From a bacterium (GTDB lineage: Bacteria; Patescibacteriota; Minisyncoccia; JBBINA01): a stretch of DNA of 56,618 bases. Positions 29,795 to 40,210 of the stretch are shown here, piece after piece; within the stretch, counting starts at the first letter, position 1; each line of letters starts with the position of its first letter. A program made the translations under genes and the position numbers. The notes under the pieces were generated by a model. That model made no database searches. It was not told the origin of the DNA and saw nothing but the letters and a program-made list of their open reading frames with translations. The stretch spans positions 1 to 56,618 of the forward strand of contig JBBINA010000006.1 of assembly GCA_037444125.1 (NCBI GenBank), in the 5' to 3' direction.

Positions 29795-30188
29795 AATTAT
29801 TGGTTTTCTTGAATATTACCTACCATTTATTAATTGGTTAATAATTATTTTCGTTTTTTCTCATATACCCCAACTTCAATCACCATTACCTGGCACATAT
29901 GGTTATTTGTTTCGGAAAACAGCTCATTTTATTGAATATTTTATCTTATCCTATCTTAACTATAGACTTTTAACTAAATACCATAAACTAAACTTAAATT
30001 TATCGCTAATCATAACATTTATATTCTGCTCAGCTTACGCTGTCGCCGATGAATATCACCAAACCTTCATCTATGGCAGGAACAGTAGCCTATGGGATGT
30101 TTTAATAGACACGCTAGGTATTTCAACATTCATCTTCGGCATATTTTTATACAAGAGTTTGAAAAGAAATAAAAAAAGTCGGGTATAA
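29784..30188 (+). CDS. VanZ-like membrane protein
   Basis: RKTAHFIEY, DEYHQTFI.GR and DVLID motifs. Confidence 0.9.
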   Translation: MSNKIIGFLEYYLPFINWLIIIFVFSHIPQLQSPLPGTYGYLFRKTAHFIEYFILSYLNYRLLTKYHKLNLNLSLIITFIFCSAYAVADEYHQTFIYGRNSSLWDVLIDTLGISTFIFGIFLYKSLKRNKKSRV

Positions 30189-30273
30189 TGAGTAAAATTA
30201 CCCAATGGCTTTTAAAACTTAAGGTAAAAAGTTATTGCTAAATTATTAAAATCGCAAGGGAACTTAATTAAAT

Positions 30274-31341
30274 ATGTTTTTAAAACAAATAAAATTAGTT
30301 GCCGAAAAATTAAAAACCGTTTTAGAAGAAAGGAATTCTTTTATTGTTATAGACTTAGGTACAGCCAACACTCTTATTTATGTCAAAAACAAAGGTCTAG
30401 TCGTTAACGAACCTACTATCATTGCCATTAACAAAAAAGTAAACAAAGTAGTAGCCATAGGTCATGAAGCGAGAAAAATGAGCGGCAAAACCCCTCCTCA
30501 TATTGAAGTAATCAAACCTGTCGCCTATGGTGTCATATATGATTTTGAGGCCACCAAACGATATCTAAATATGCTTATAGAGAATTCCTTTGACAGGCAA
30601 TTCTCAATTTTTAAAAAAATAACAATCCTAACAAGCTGCCCGCCATCCACAGATGATGTCCAACTTAAAGCCTTAGAAGATGTTTTCCATGAGCTTGAAT
30701 TTGAAAAAGTCATCATCATCAAAGAAACTTTCCTAGCGGCTATAGGCGTTGGCTTAAAAATAATGGAACCAAAACCAAATTTTATTATTGATATGGGTGG
30801 CGGCACAACCAATATGGCACTTATAAGCTTAGGCGAAACAATAGTGGAGAAATCCCTTAAAGTCGGCGGCACTAAGTTTGACCAAAACATTCAAGAATAC
30901 ATTAGAGAAAAATTTGACCTGATCATCGGTGAAGAAACAGCCCAAAGAATAAAACTAGCCATTGGCTCAACCGTAGAACTAGAAAAAAGGTTTGAAATAA
31001 AAGTCGCTGGCAAACTCCAAGATACGCTTTTGCCCGGCGAAGTTAATATCAATGATATTCATATTCGTTCGGCACTCTCTGAATCAATTGATTATATTAT
31101 TGAAGAAGCGCGAGATTGTATTAAAAAAATTCCGCCTGAACTATTAAGCGATCTTATAAAACAAGGCATCTATTTAACCGGCGGTTCATCTCTCTTAAAA
31201 GGCATCAAAGAACTATTTGCCAGAAAGCTTGGATTTAAATTTCACCAACCTCAAAACCCTTTTGTCTCTATTATTAACGGAGGAATTGAGGTGCTTAAAA
31301 ATCCAACTTATTGGCAGTCACTTTTTCTCAATAAAAAATGA
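30274..31341 (+). CDS. mreB: rod shape-determining actin homologue MreB
   Basis: IDLGTANT, IDMGGGTT, IGEETA..IK and LTGGSSLL motifs. Confidence 0.93.
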   Translation: MFLKQIKLVAEKLKTVLEERNSFIVIDLGTANTLIYVKNKGLVVNEPTIIAINKKVNKVVAIGHEARKMSGKTPPHIEVIKPVAYGVIYDFEATKRYLNMLIENSFDRQFSIFKKITILTSCPPSTDDVQLKALEDVFHELEFEKVIIIKETFLAAIGVGLKIMEPKPNFIIDMGGGTTNMALISLGETIVEKSLKVGGTKFDQNIQEYIREKFDLIIGEETAQRIKLAIGSTVELEKRFEIKVAGKLQDTLLPGEVNINDIHIRSALSESIDYIIEEARDCIKKIPPELLSDLIKQGIYLTGGSSLLKGIKELFARKLGFKFHQPQNPFVSIINGGIEVLKNPTYWQSLFLNKK

Positions 31342-32042
31342 GTTTTAAAAAAAGAACTGACAAACTTAAAAAATTATCAATTTTTCTTATTCTAATTACA
31401 CTTATTTATGTATTTTTGTTAAAAGGTTTAAAACTGTCTAATAGTCTGAAGCAAATACAAATAACACCAATAAAAACTTTCCTTTTAGCCAAGAAGTTAA
31501 TAATAGAAAATCAAAAATTAGCTGAAGAAAATCTGCGGCTCTCTATTGAAAATTCTAAATTAAAAAATGACAAAGCCTTCATTTTAAACGACCAGCTAAA
31601 TAGCCAACAAGCCTTTATAATTTTGCGTTTATCAACCCACCAAGGGCAATATTTTATTATTAACGCAAGGTGCAACAATATCCAAAGCAATAAAACAGTA
31701 GTTACTTATGATAAATTCCTAATCGGCAGAGTTGTTAAGTGCAATCAAGATATTTCTAAAGTTGAGCTAGTCACTAATAACAATTTTAAAGCCAGTGTAA
31801 AATCCTTAACATCAAATATAAATGGTTTATTTGAAACTGTTAAAAATGAATATCGCATCACAATTAAGGATTCTAATAAGGAAATAGAAAATGACGAACT
31901 AATTGTTACTTCTGGCCAAGACGGCCTTTATCCTGCTGGTCTTATTATCGGCAAATATAAAAAAAATCGTAATGCTGTTGAATTGCTTGTTGACTTAAAT
32001 AGTATCAGTAAAGTCTCTCTAATTAATATTAATGTTGAATAA
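31338..32042 (+). CDS. mreC: rod shape-determining protein MreC
   Basis: TM + coiled coil, LIGRV, VTSG.DG.YP.GL.IG; follows mreB. Confidence 0.88.
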   Translation: MSFKKRTDKLKKLSIFLILITLIYVFLLKGLKLSNSLKQIQITPIKTFLLAKKLIIENQKLAEENLRLSIENSKLKNDKAFILNDQLNSQQAFIILRLSTHQGQYFIINARCNNIQSNKTVVTYDKFLIGRVVKCNQDISKVELVTNNNFKASVKSLTSNINGLFETVKNEYRITIKDSNKEIENDELIVTSGQDGLYPAGLIIGKYKKNRNAVELLVDLNSISKVSLININVE

Positions 32043-32532
32043 ATATATAATTATAACTCTAAGTGGCGCAATATATTACTCGTTTATCGTCCAATTTCAA
32101 ACAAGTCAACTTATGCCTAATTTAATGTTGTTGGTTTTATTTTTTCTTGCCATATTTTCTCTTAATAATAATCTATTTGAACTTACGCTTATCTCTATAT
32201 ATACCCTCTTCTTTATTAGTCAAATCCAGATTTTACAACCATTAACTACAATTTTGGGCGGATTAGCTGCCCCATACACTATTTTCTATCTTCAAAAAAA
32301 AATCTTCAGAAAAATACATAGTATTTATATTATCCTAGCGGCGCTACTTTTCTTCTTAATTATTAATCTCAACTTCTTTCTAGCCGAAAAAGTGAATTTT
32401 ACTTTTGAAAAAATTATTAAGACAACTCTGACGGATTCAGCTATTGCATTTGCAATTTTCCTTATTTATATATTTGTTAATCGGTATGCCAAAACCCAAA
32501 GAAAAATACATCGAAATAAGCCAGATTATTGA
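32032..32532 (+). CDS. MreD-like membrane protein
   Basis: About 5 TM helices with PNLML; lies between mreC and pbp2. Confidence 0.6.
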   Translation: MLNKYIIITLSGAIYYSFIVQFQTSQLMPNLMLLVLFFLAIFSLNNNLFELTLISIYTLFFISQIQILQPLTTILGGLAAPYTIFYLQKKIFRKIHSIYIILAALLFFLIINLNFFLAEKVNFTFEKIIKTTLTDSAIAFAIFLIYIFVNRYAKTQRKIHRNKPDY

Positions 32533-34288
32533 AACAAAACTCTTTCAAAACAACAGAACTCTTTTGTATTTTGAACCTAATCTTGATAGTCAAAATGTTC
32601 AACGTCTTTTATATATCATAGCCTTAATTTTGCTTTTTTTTATATCGTATATCGGTTATCTAACTATTTTCGCTAAGGATTTAAAAAATCTGTATTTACG
32701 CAATCTGCACTATTATGAAACAATACCAGCTCAACGAGGTTTAATATATACCCGAGACAAACAATTAATAGCTTTTAATGAGCCTATTTTTATACTCTAC
32801 ATCGAAAAGGCTGATTTTGACAAAATTCAAAATAAAGACATATTTAAAACAAATCTCCTTTCCCTTCTAAACACGGAACCTCAAATTCTAGAAGAAAAGT
32901 TATCAAACCTCCAATCGCAATCCCGTATAACTTTAGCCGAAATTCCTCAAACCCGGGCTATCAAACTAATGCCAAATCTAAAAATAAACTCAGAATTTCC
33001 ATTAAAAACACTAATGGCTTTTAAACGCCGCTACGCCTATGATTATGAATTTTCTCATGTTCTAGGCTATGTCAAGCGCAACGAACTCCACTACACGGGC
33101 GTTGCCGGTATCGAGAAAACCTATGATACTATTTTAAACGGCCAGGCAGGAGAAATTACTTATTTAAAAGACGCCAAAGGAAATAATCTAAGGGTTTTAA
33201 AAACAAAGGAACCAATTAACGGACAAGATATTATTTTAACAATTGACTCAGAATATCAAATCTCGTCATACAAAATAATAAAAAATTTGTTAGCTAAAAA
33301 TAAATTAGCTAATGCCGCCTTGGTGATTTCAAACCCTAAAACTGGCGAAATTTTAGCCCTCCACAGCTTTCCATCTTTCAATCAGAATAAACTAAATAGC
33401 TTTATAGATAAAAAAAGTTTGGAAGAACTGCTAAAAACCGAATCTCTCTTTAATCGTGCAATATCCGGCCTGTATGCGCCTGGCTCTATATTTAAATTAT
33501 TAGTAGCCTTGGGAATTTTAAATGAGAAAATTATTGATCCTTACAAAAAAATTAGAACACCTGCCTCGGTCAAATTATCATCAAAATATGATAAAAACAT
33601 ACAATTTACTTTCAAAGATTGGAAGGACCACGGCTGGCTTAATCTAATTGAAGCCATCGCTCAATCATCTAATAGTTATTTTTATAAAGTTGGTTCTGGC
33701 TTTTTTGACGACGTGAAAGGCTTGGGCATTGATAAAATAATTAATTATGCCAAAAAAACAGTTTTTGGACAAAAACTGAATATCGACTTGCCGCAGGAAA
33801 AAGAAGGTTCGCTACCTAATCCAAACACAACTCGCGCGGGAGATGTTTTAAATATCTCGATAGGGCAGGGCGAAATACTTACTACCATTCTACAACTAAA
33901 CACCTTAACCAACCTAATTGCAAACGGCGGTTATTATTATCAACCTAAAATACTAAAAACAGACCAAAATAAAAAAATTGAAACCAATATTGACAAAAAC
34001 ATTTTTAGTATTGTTAAACAAGGAATGTGTGACTCAGTCGAATATGGAACATCTCGAAGAATCAAAGAAATAGCGCCAAATACCTGCGCTAAAACAGGAA
34101 CTGCTCAAGTTTCAAATAAAAAAACTAACTCTCTTTTTACAATATTCTATCCCAAAGGCGATCCAGAAATCTCAATCACTGCTATAGTTGAAGAAGGCGG
34201 CGAAGGTTCAGACTCAGCTCTTTCTATCGCTAAAGATTTTTTAAGTCGCTATATAACTAAAAATAATGGAAATAGAGTGGAAAATTAA
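32486..34288 (+). CDS. mrdA: class B penicillin-binding protein 2
   Basis: PAQRG.IY.R, SHVLGYV, SxxK (PGSIFK), SxN (SSN) and KTG motifs; ATG 32486 chosen. Confidence 0.9.
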   Translation: MPKPKEKYIEISQIIETKLFQNNRTLLYFEPNLDSQNVQRLLYIIALILLFFISYIGYLTIFAKDLKNLYLRNLHYYETIPAQRGLIYTRDKQLIAFNEPIFILYIEKADFDKIQNKDIFKTNLLSLLNTEPQILEEKLSNLQSQSRITLAEIPQTRAIKLMPNLKINSEFPLKTLMAFKRRYAYDYEFSHVLGYVKRNELHYTGVAGIEKTYDTILNGQAGEITYLKDAKGNNLRVLKTKEPINGQDIILTIDSEYQISSYKIIKNLLAKNKLANAALVISNPKTGEILALHSFPSFNQNKLNSFIDKKSLEELLKTESLFNRAISGLYAPGSIFKLLVALGILNEKIIDPYKKIRTPASVKLSSKYDKNIQFTFKDWKDHGWLNLIEAIAQSSNSYFYKVGSGFFDDVKGLGIDKIINYAKKTVFGQKLNIDLPQEKEGSLPNPNTTRAGDVLNISIGQGEILTTILQLNTLTNLIANGGYYYQPKILKTDQNKKIETNIDKNIFSIVKQGMCDSVEYGTSRRIKEIAPNTCAKTGTAQVSNKKTNSLFTIFYPKGDPEISITAIVEEGGEGSDSALSIAKDFLSRYITKNNGNRVEN

Positions 34289-36032
34289 AAAAGGTCCCCC
34301 AAAAAATTTTTTTGCCAAGTTTAAAAACTACCATCCTCTTCTTTTAACATTGTTATGGCATAAAAATATTGTCCAAAAAAAAGATATAGACAATTTTCTT
34401 TTTCCCAAATTTGAAAATTTCAAAAAAAACGACCCCTTTCTTTTTTCTGACTTTACAAAAGCGGTTAACTTACTAAAAGAAGCGCTTTCAAAAAAGCACA
34501 AAATTTGCATTTATGGTGATTTTGATTTTGACGGCATAAGCAGCGCTATAATTCTAAAAGCCTATCTTGATAAAATCGGCTTAAGTTCTTTTGTTTATAT
34601 TCCAGACAGAGAAAAAGAAGGTTACGGCCTAAATATGAAGGCAGTTAAATTTCTTAAAAGTATTGGTATAAAGTTGCTTATAACAGTTGACTGCGGTATT
34701 TCCAATAATAAAGAAATACTTTATGCTAAAAAATTAAATTTAAAAACAATAATTATCGACCACCATCTAATCAACCTAATGCCAAAAGCTGATGCAATTA
34801 TTAATCCGCATCGAAAAGATGACAAATATCCCTTTAAAAAACTTTCATGTGCAGGATTAGTACTTAAAGTTTGTATGGGGCTGGCAAAAACTTCCGAATT
34901 TAACAAACTTATCCCCAAAAATTATTACCGTGAATTTCTCGACCTTGCAGCCCTAGCAACTATAGCCGACTATATGGACTTAATAGACGAAAATAGAGAA
35001 TTAGTTTTGCTCGGCTTAAAGCAAATCGTTACCAATACACGGCCATCAATTAAAGAAATATTAAAAAGAGCGCATTTAAATATGCCATCAATAAAATTCG
35101 ACAGGACACGCCAGAGATTCTTTATCGAAGATCTAACTAGCGAAACGGTAAAATTTTTTATCGCTCCCAGAATTAACGTTGCTAGCCGCATTGACCATTC
35201 TGCCGTCAGTTATAAGTTTTTAACTGCTACCTCTTTGAAAGAATTAAAAAAATACGGCGATATTATAGAAAATTTTTTAAAACAAAGGCAATCCCTTGAA
35301 AATAAATTTTTAAATCAAATTTACCAGTATATCTTTAGACACAAATTAGACCAAAAATCGATAATAACCATACCAATCGAAAACTTTCCAATAGGCCTCC
35401 TCGGTATGATTGCTTCAAAGATTGTAGATATATACCAAAAACCTACGATTCTAATATCTATCAAACATTCTATATGCCGAGGGTCAGGACGCAGTACAGA
35501 AAATTTCAGTATTATAAATTTGTTAAAGAAATCCAAAAAATTTTTGTTTAAATATGGAGGTCATAGACGAGCATGCGGATTTGAACTTAAAGACGCAAAT
35601 TTAAAACCATTCATAAAACATATTGATATCCTATCAAAAAAACTTTTTTCCTCAAACAACCAAAAGCGTGTCTTGGAAATAGATTATAAATTAAAACCTG
35701 AAGAAATTAACGAAAACCTATTAGAGGTTTTAAAATATATTGAACCCACAGGAGACGGCAACTCGGAACCTATATTTTTAGTACAAAACGCGGTTATTTT
35801 AAAAAAAACGGCTCTAAAAAATTACACACGCATATTACTGCAAATCACTGACTCAAAACAAAAAGTAAAATACCTTGATGCCATAATACCTCGACAAAAA
35901 ATTATTAATCCTATTAGTCATAGGCATATATTGAAAAACAAGGCTTATAATTTAGCAGTCAAAATAAAAGAACAATCTCATCAAAATTTAAAAAATATTT
36001 TGCTTTATGTAATTGGTTTAAAACCATTATGA
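34266..36032 (+). CDS. recJ: single-stranded DNA exonuclease RecJ
   Basis: YGDFDFDG, TVDCG, IIDHH, ATIAD, RGSGRS and YGGH..ACG motifs. Confidence 0.93.
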   Translation: MEIEWKIKKGPPKNFFAKFKNYHPLLLTLLWHKNIVQKKDIDNFLFPKFENFKKNDPFLFSDFTKAVNLLKEALSKKHKICIYGDFDFDGISSAIILKAYLDKIGLSSFVYIPDREKEGYGLNMKAVKFLKSIGIKLLITVDCGISNNKEILYAKKLNLKTIIIDHHLINLMPKADAIINPHRKDDKYPFKKLSCAGLVLKVCMGLAKTSEFNKLIPKNYYREFLDLAALATIADYMDLIDENRELVLLGLKQIVTNTRPSIKEILKRAHLNMPSIKFDRTRQRFFIEDLTSETVKFFIAPRINVASRIDHSAVSYKFLTATSLKELKKYGDIIENFLKQRQSLENKFLNQIYQYIFRHKLDQKSIITIPIENFPIGLLGMIASKIVDIYQKPTILISIKHSICRGSGRSTENFSIINLLKKSKKFLFKYGGHRRACGFELKDANLKPFIKHIDILSKKLFSSNNQKRVLEIDYKLKPEEINENLLEVLKYIEPTGDGNSEPIFLVQNAVILKKTALKNYTRILLQITDSKQKVKYLDAIIPRQKIINPISHRHILKNKAYNLAVKIKEQSHQNLKNILLYVIGLKPL

Positions 36033-36490
36033 AAAAAATATTAATAAATCCGCATCCTATTCTAACCACAGCTTGTACTGAGGTCACAAACTTTAATTCA
36101 GCGGAAACCAAAAAAATCATCGCCCATTTGAAAGAAACCCTAAAAAACACTAAAAACGGCATAGGCCTAGCTGCTAACCAAATCGGCTATACAAAAAGAA
36201 TATTTTATGTCAAGCTTACAGATTTTGAAAAAATCTTTATTAATCCTGAAATCACTTCACAATCTAAAAATAAGGCTCTTTTAGAAGAAGGTTGTCTTTC
36301 TGTTCCCAATAAAATCGGTCAAGTTGAACGCTTTAAAAAATTAATCGTTAAAGCGCGTGACGAATCAGGTAAAAAATTTAAATTAAAAGCCAAAGGTTTA
36401 CTAGCACATGTTATCCAACATGAAATCGATCATCTAAATGGCATAATCTATGTAACCAAAGCCAAAAACCTCAAAGAGGAAATAAGATAA
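36029..36490 (+). CDS. def: peptide deformylase
   Basis: GIGLAANQIG, EGCLS and QHEIDHLNG motifs. Confidence 0.96.
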   Translation: MKKILINPHPILTTACTEVTNFNSAETKKIIAHLKETLKNTKNGIGLAANQIGYTKRIFYVKLTDFEKIFINPEITSQSKNKALLEEGCLSVPNKIGQVERFKKLIVKARDESGKKFKLKAKGLLAHVIQHEIDHLNGIIYVTKAKNLKEEIR

Positions 36491-36492
36491 AC

Positions 36493-36759
36493 TTATTTTA
36501 ACTTAAGAAGTTTATTGATAATTGGCTTCGCTATTTTTTCCGTAGGCTCAAGTTCGCCCTCCTTAATCAATTTTGATTTAAGACTTTTAATCTTATTGCG
36601 ATTAATAGCAAAAACCTTACGCTCGCCACGCGTTTTTTGTTCAAAATTAAAGAGATTCGCTTTAAACTTCTCAAGAATCTTGCTTTCTTTAACGGTTTCG
36701 GAGAATCTCCTTAAAAGCATATTGATTGATTCATTTTTTTTCCTTCTAACATAAACCAT
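36493..36759 (-). CDS. rpsU: 30S ribosomal protein S21 with C-terminal extension
   Basis: V.VRRKKNES...LLRRF...V..S.IL; basic 88-aa protein; downstream of HIT, a common context. Confidence 0.8.
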   Translation of the reverse strand: MVYVRRKKNESINMLLRRFSETVKESKILEKFKANLFNFEQKTRGERKVFAINRNKIKSLKSKLIKEGELEPTEKIAKPIINKLLKLK

Positions 36760-36770
36760 TTAACTACTCG

Positions 36771-36820
36771 CCTCCTTTCATTAAGACTGTGCTTGATTTT
36801 ACAAACTTGCATAGTCTTAA
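36771..36820 (-). promoter_or_regulatory. rpsU leader: 12-bp hairpin (36781-36820) abutting extended SD GAAAGGAGG (36771-36779)
   Basis: TTAAGACTATGC...GCACAGTCTTAA (11/12 pairs), followed by TGAAAGGAGGCGAGTAGTTAAATG. Confidence 0.55.
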
Positions 36821-36919
36821 GCCTATACAACTAGCATTTATGGTAAAAACATAGCATAGACAGACCTTTTTATATTTTTAAAATTTCCTTAGACAATTAT
36901 ATTATTTAATCTTATCTAA

Positions 36920-37258
36920 CTACATTCTCATTTTTTTACCGGCTAAAAAATGAATATGAAAATGCTCTATAACTTGACCGGCATCCCTCCCGTTATTCTG
37001 CACCAAACGCCACCCATTTTCTTCTACATCTAAAATTTTAGCGATTTTTTTTGCTATAGAAAATACTTTACCCAACACTACTATAGTTTTATGGTCTACT
37101 TGATCTTTTAAAGGTTGGGTTATGTGTTCTGACGGGACTATCAAATAATGTATTGGCGCATGAGGATTAATATCCTTAAACACTGCAAAATCAGTATCAC
37201 GATAAAGAATATCAGCTGGCATTTTGTTTTGAACTATTTTGCAAAATATACATTCCAT
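36920..37258 (-). CDS. HIT family (Hint) protein
   Basis: CIFCKI, DINP.AP.H.LIVP and GQVIEHFHIH motifs. Confidence 0.93.
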   Translation of the reverse strand: MECIFCKIVQNKMPADILYRDTDFAVFKDINPHAPIHYLIVPSEHITQPLKDQVDHKTIVVLGKVFSIAKKIAKILDVEENGWRLVQNNGRDAGQVIEHFHIHFLAGKKMRM

Positions 37259-37274
37259 ATAATATTAATACAAC

Positions 37275-38522
37275 TTATTTGCGAATAAATGACAACAACT
37301 CTGTGGTTTTTATCTCAGATTGAACTCCATTCTTAATGTCACGAACTATTACCTTATCTTCCAACAACTCTTTCTGCGAACATATCACTAGATAACTAAT
37401 TTTGTATTTCTTTGCTGCTTTCAATTGAGATTTGAGCGTTGGTTTACCAAATTGTTGAATCACGGGCACATTTTTCTGGCGTAGTTGTTCAACTACCTTT
37501 AAGGCATATTTTCGACCTAAATCGCCCAAATGCGCCACAAAAACTTTACCTTCTGGTTTAGGAATATTTACTTTTTTACGGGACAATATTTCAAGCAACC
37601 TTTCAACTCCTAACGCCGCTCCGGTAGCAGAATGATCTGGCCCTCCTAAACTTTTTACCAAAAAATCATACCTGCCGCCACCACCGAAAGCTAAAGTCGG
37701 TTCTGTTTTATCATAAAACTCATAAACCGTTTTAGTATAATAGTCAAGTCCCCTTACTAATCGAGAGTCTAACTCATAATCAAATCCGAAATAATCTAAA
37801 TAGTCCAAAATTTCCTCCAAGTTATTCTTACACTCATCGCACAAAAAATCAATAATTTGAGGTGCATCCTTTAAAATCATCTTAACCTTATCATCTTTCA
37901 AATCAAAAACCTTGAGAATATTTTTCTTAACCTTATCTTTCGCTTCTTTGGGTAACTTATGATAAAAAGGTTTAACATATTCAATTAGGTTTGAAAGATA
38001 ATTCTGCCTACAATCAGTACAACCAACTGAATTTATATGCAGAACTGTATCAACTATACCTATATCTTTCAAAAAATTATAAATAAGATAAATCACCTCA
38101 ATATCCGACATAGAAGATTCAGAACCAATAATTTCGAAGCCAAATTGCCTGAACTCCCTATAGCGAAGTCTTTGAGGTTTTTCGTGGCGAAAAAATGAAC
38201 CAACATAATAAAGTTTAATCGGATGAGAAAGTGTCTTTAATCCATTTTCAATATATGCTCTAATCGTAGGCGCTGTTCCTTCGGGTCTAAGAGTCAATTT
38301 GTCGCCACCCTTAGTCGCAAAACTATACATTTCCTTTTCTACAATTTCTGACGCCTCGCCAATACTTTTCTGAAATAACTCAGTTTTCTCTATAATTGGC
38401 GTTTCGATATAATAAAAACCGTAAAACTGGGCTATTTTATCAAGCTTTTCAACAATATACTTATAACGATATGAATCTGGTGGAACAATATCATAGGTTC
38501 CTTTTGGTCTTTGAAATTTCAT
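37275..38522 (-). CDS. hisS: histidine-tRNA ligase
   Basis: KEMYSF, LRPEGTA, FRHEKPQ..RYREFRQ, LVRGLDYY and GGGRYD motifs. Confidence 0.97.
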   Translation of the reverse strand: MKFQRPKGTYDIVPPDSYRYKYIVEKLDKIAQFYGFYYIETPIIEKTELFQKSIGEASEIVEKEMYSFATKGGDKLTLRPEGTAPTIRAYIENGLKTLSHPIKLYYVGSFFRHEKPQRLRYREFRQFGFEIIGSESSMSDIEVIYLIYNFLKDIGIVDTVLHINSVGCTDCRQNYLSNLIEYVKPFYHKLPKEAKDKVKKNILKVFDLKDDKVKMILKDAPQIIDFLCDECKNNLEEILDYLDYFGFDYELDSRLVRGLDYYTKTVYEFYDKTEPTLAFGGGGRYDFLVKSLGGPDHSATGAALGVERLLEILSRKKVNIPKPEGKVFVAHLGDLGRKYALKVVEQLRQKNVPVIQQFGKPTLKSQLKAAKKYKISYLVICSQKELLEDKVIVRDIKNGVQSEIKTTELLSFIRK

Positions 38523-38529
38523 AAAATAA

Positions 38530-39090
38530 TTAATATTTATTAAAATAAGCCTGGGCCTGCGTCACAGGCCAAATCCGCAAAACTACCCTCCCCACTAAAT
38601 ATTTAGACTTTAGCGCGCCCCAAAAACGCGAATCAAAGCTCTGGAGACGATTATCTCCCATTACAAAATATTCATCTTTGTCCATAGCTAAATCAACATT
38701 ATCAACAGCAGCATTTTTAATGGATAAATACTTGTCCTCATCTAATAGAAATCCTTCAGGAAAAATGGTATTATAAATATAAATTTTGCCATTTTTTATC
38801 ACTATTCGTTCACCTGGCAAACCGATAATACGTTTAACATAATACTGAGATGGATTATTAGGATATCTGAAAACAACAATATCATGTCGTCTTGGCTCTC
38901 TAAAACGGTAAGTAATCTGATCAATTATCAAATAATCATTTTGGTGCAAAGTAGGCTCCATAGACTGTCCCTTAACAATAAACGGCTGAAAAATAAAAGC
39001 TCTAATAGGAATTACAATGACCAGAGCTAAAACTATTATCTTAACCCATTCTAAAAAACCAACAAAAAATCTTTTAAAAAGATTAAACAT
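38530..39090 (-). CDS. lepB: signal peptidase I
   Basis: GQSMEPT, YVKRIIGLPG and MGDNR..S.DSR motifs. Confidence 0.95.
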   Translation of the reverse strand: MFNLFKRFFVGFLEWVKIIVLALVIVIPIRAFIFQPFIVKGQSMEPTLHQNDYLIIDQITYRFREPRRHDIVVFRYPNNPSQYYVKRIIGLPGERIVIKNGKIYIYNTIFPEGFLLDEDKYLSIKNAAVDNVDLAMDKDEYFVMGDNRLQSFDSRFWGALKSKYLVGRVVLRIWPVTQAQAYFNKY

Positions 39091-39185
39091 TTTATAATTA
39101 ATTAAAATTCTAATCTATTTTTATTTTAATCCAAAAATGGTCAAAAGTAAATTAACTTAAATATGGCTTCAAACATAACCTTATT

Positions 39186-40202
39186 ATGAGATTTATAAAA
39201 TTTATAATGGTTGTTATTTTTTCTATCTTTAGTCTTTTATTTTTTGCCACCAAATTTAAAAATACTACCACATTTAATAATGCTTCAAACAACAACCTTG
39301 ATAATAAACTAAGTCTCGGTTCACAAATAAAACAAGTTTTAAAAGACACATTCAACTTGTCTAATGTACAGCTTAGGGGAGAAGATGAAAATCTTATTAA
39401 AATATTGTTTTTAGGCATTCCTGGCGAACCAAACCCTGCTCCACGCATGACCGATAGTATTATTTTAGTATTCATCAAAAAAACTAATGAAAGTTATAGC
39501 TCCAAAATTATTTCTATTCCAAGAGATCTAGCTGTCTATAATGAGCAATTAAAAGATTATGTTAAAATTAATTCTTTTTACTCGCTTTACGGCAACGCCG
39601 GCATTGATTTATTAAAAGAAAAATTAAAAGTTATAACAGGATATACCATTGATTATTTCGTTTTAATCGATCTATCCGTAGTAAAAGAAGTGGTTGATTA
39701 TCTTGACGGCATCAATTTATGGGTAGAAGAACCAATAGATGATCCTTCTTTTCCTTTAGACGAAACGCGCACCGAACATTTTAGACTACCACGCGGCTGG
39801 CGCTATATCGACGGCGATACGGCCCTAAAATTTATCAGAACGCGTCACTCGAAAGAAGGAGACTTTGGCCGTATCAAACGGCAACAAGCATTGATTATGG
39901 CTATTTACAATAAAATGCGCAATAAAAAAATTCTTAATTCAAAAACCGCCAGCGATCTTTTGATTAAAATCAATCCCAAAATAAAAACTGATATTAACAT
40001 CTTTGAAGGTATAAAACTTTATTTTATCTTCAATGCTTTAACTAAAGAAGACATAAACAAAACTTATCTCAGTTTTGATAATGTTCTTGCCGAAGGTAAG
40101 AAAAATATTTATGGCAATAATCAATTCATTCTATATCCACGCCAAGGTTTAGATAATTACGATGAAATTCGCAATCTAATCAATAAATTGATTAATAATT
40201 AA
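39186..40202 (+). CDS. LytR-CpsA-Psr (LCP) family protein
   Basis: TDSIIL, SIPRDL, KINS.Y and AL.F.RTRH...GDFGR..RQQ motifs. Confidence 0.92.
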   Translation: MRFIKFIMVVIFSIFSLLFFATKFKNTTTFNNASNNNLDNKLSLGSQIKQVLKDTFNLSNVQLRGEDENLIKILFLGIPGEPNPAPRMTDSIILVFIKKTNESYSSKIISIPRDLAVYNEQLKDYVKINSFYSLYGNAGIDLLKEKLKVITGYTIDYFVLIDLSVVKEVVDYLDGINLWVEEPIDDPSFPLDETRTEHFRLPRGWRYIDGDTALKFIRTRHSKEGDFGRIKRQQALIMAIYNKMRNKKILNSKTASDLLIKINPKIKTDINIFEGIKLYFIFNALTKEDINKTYLSFDNVLAEGKKNIYGNNQFILYPRQGLDNYDEIRNLINKLINN

Positions 40203-40210
40203 CCATCACA

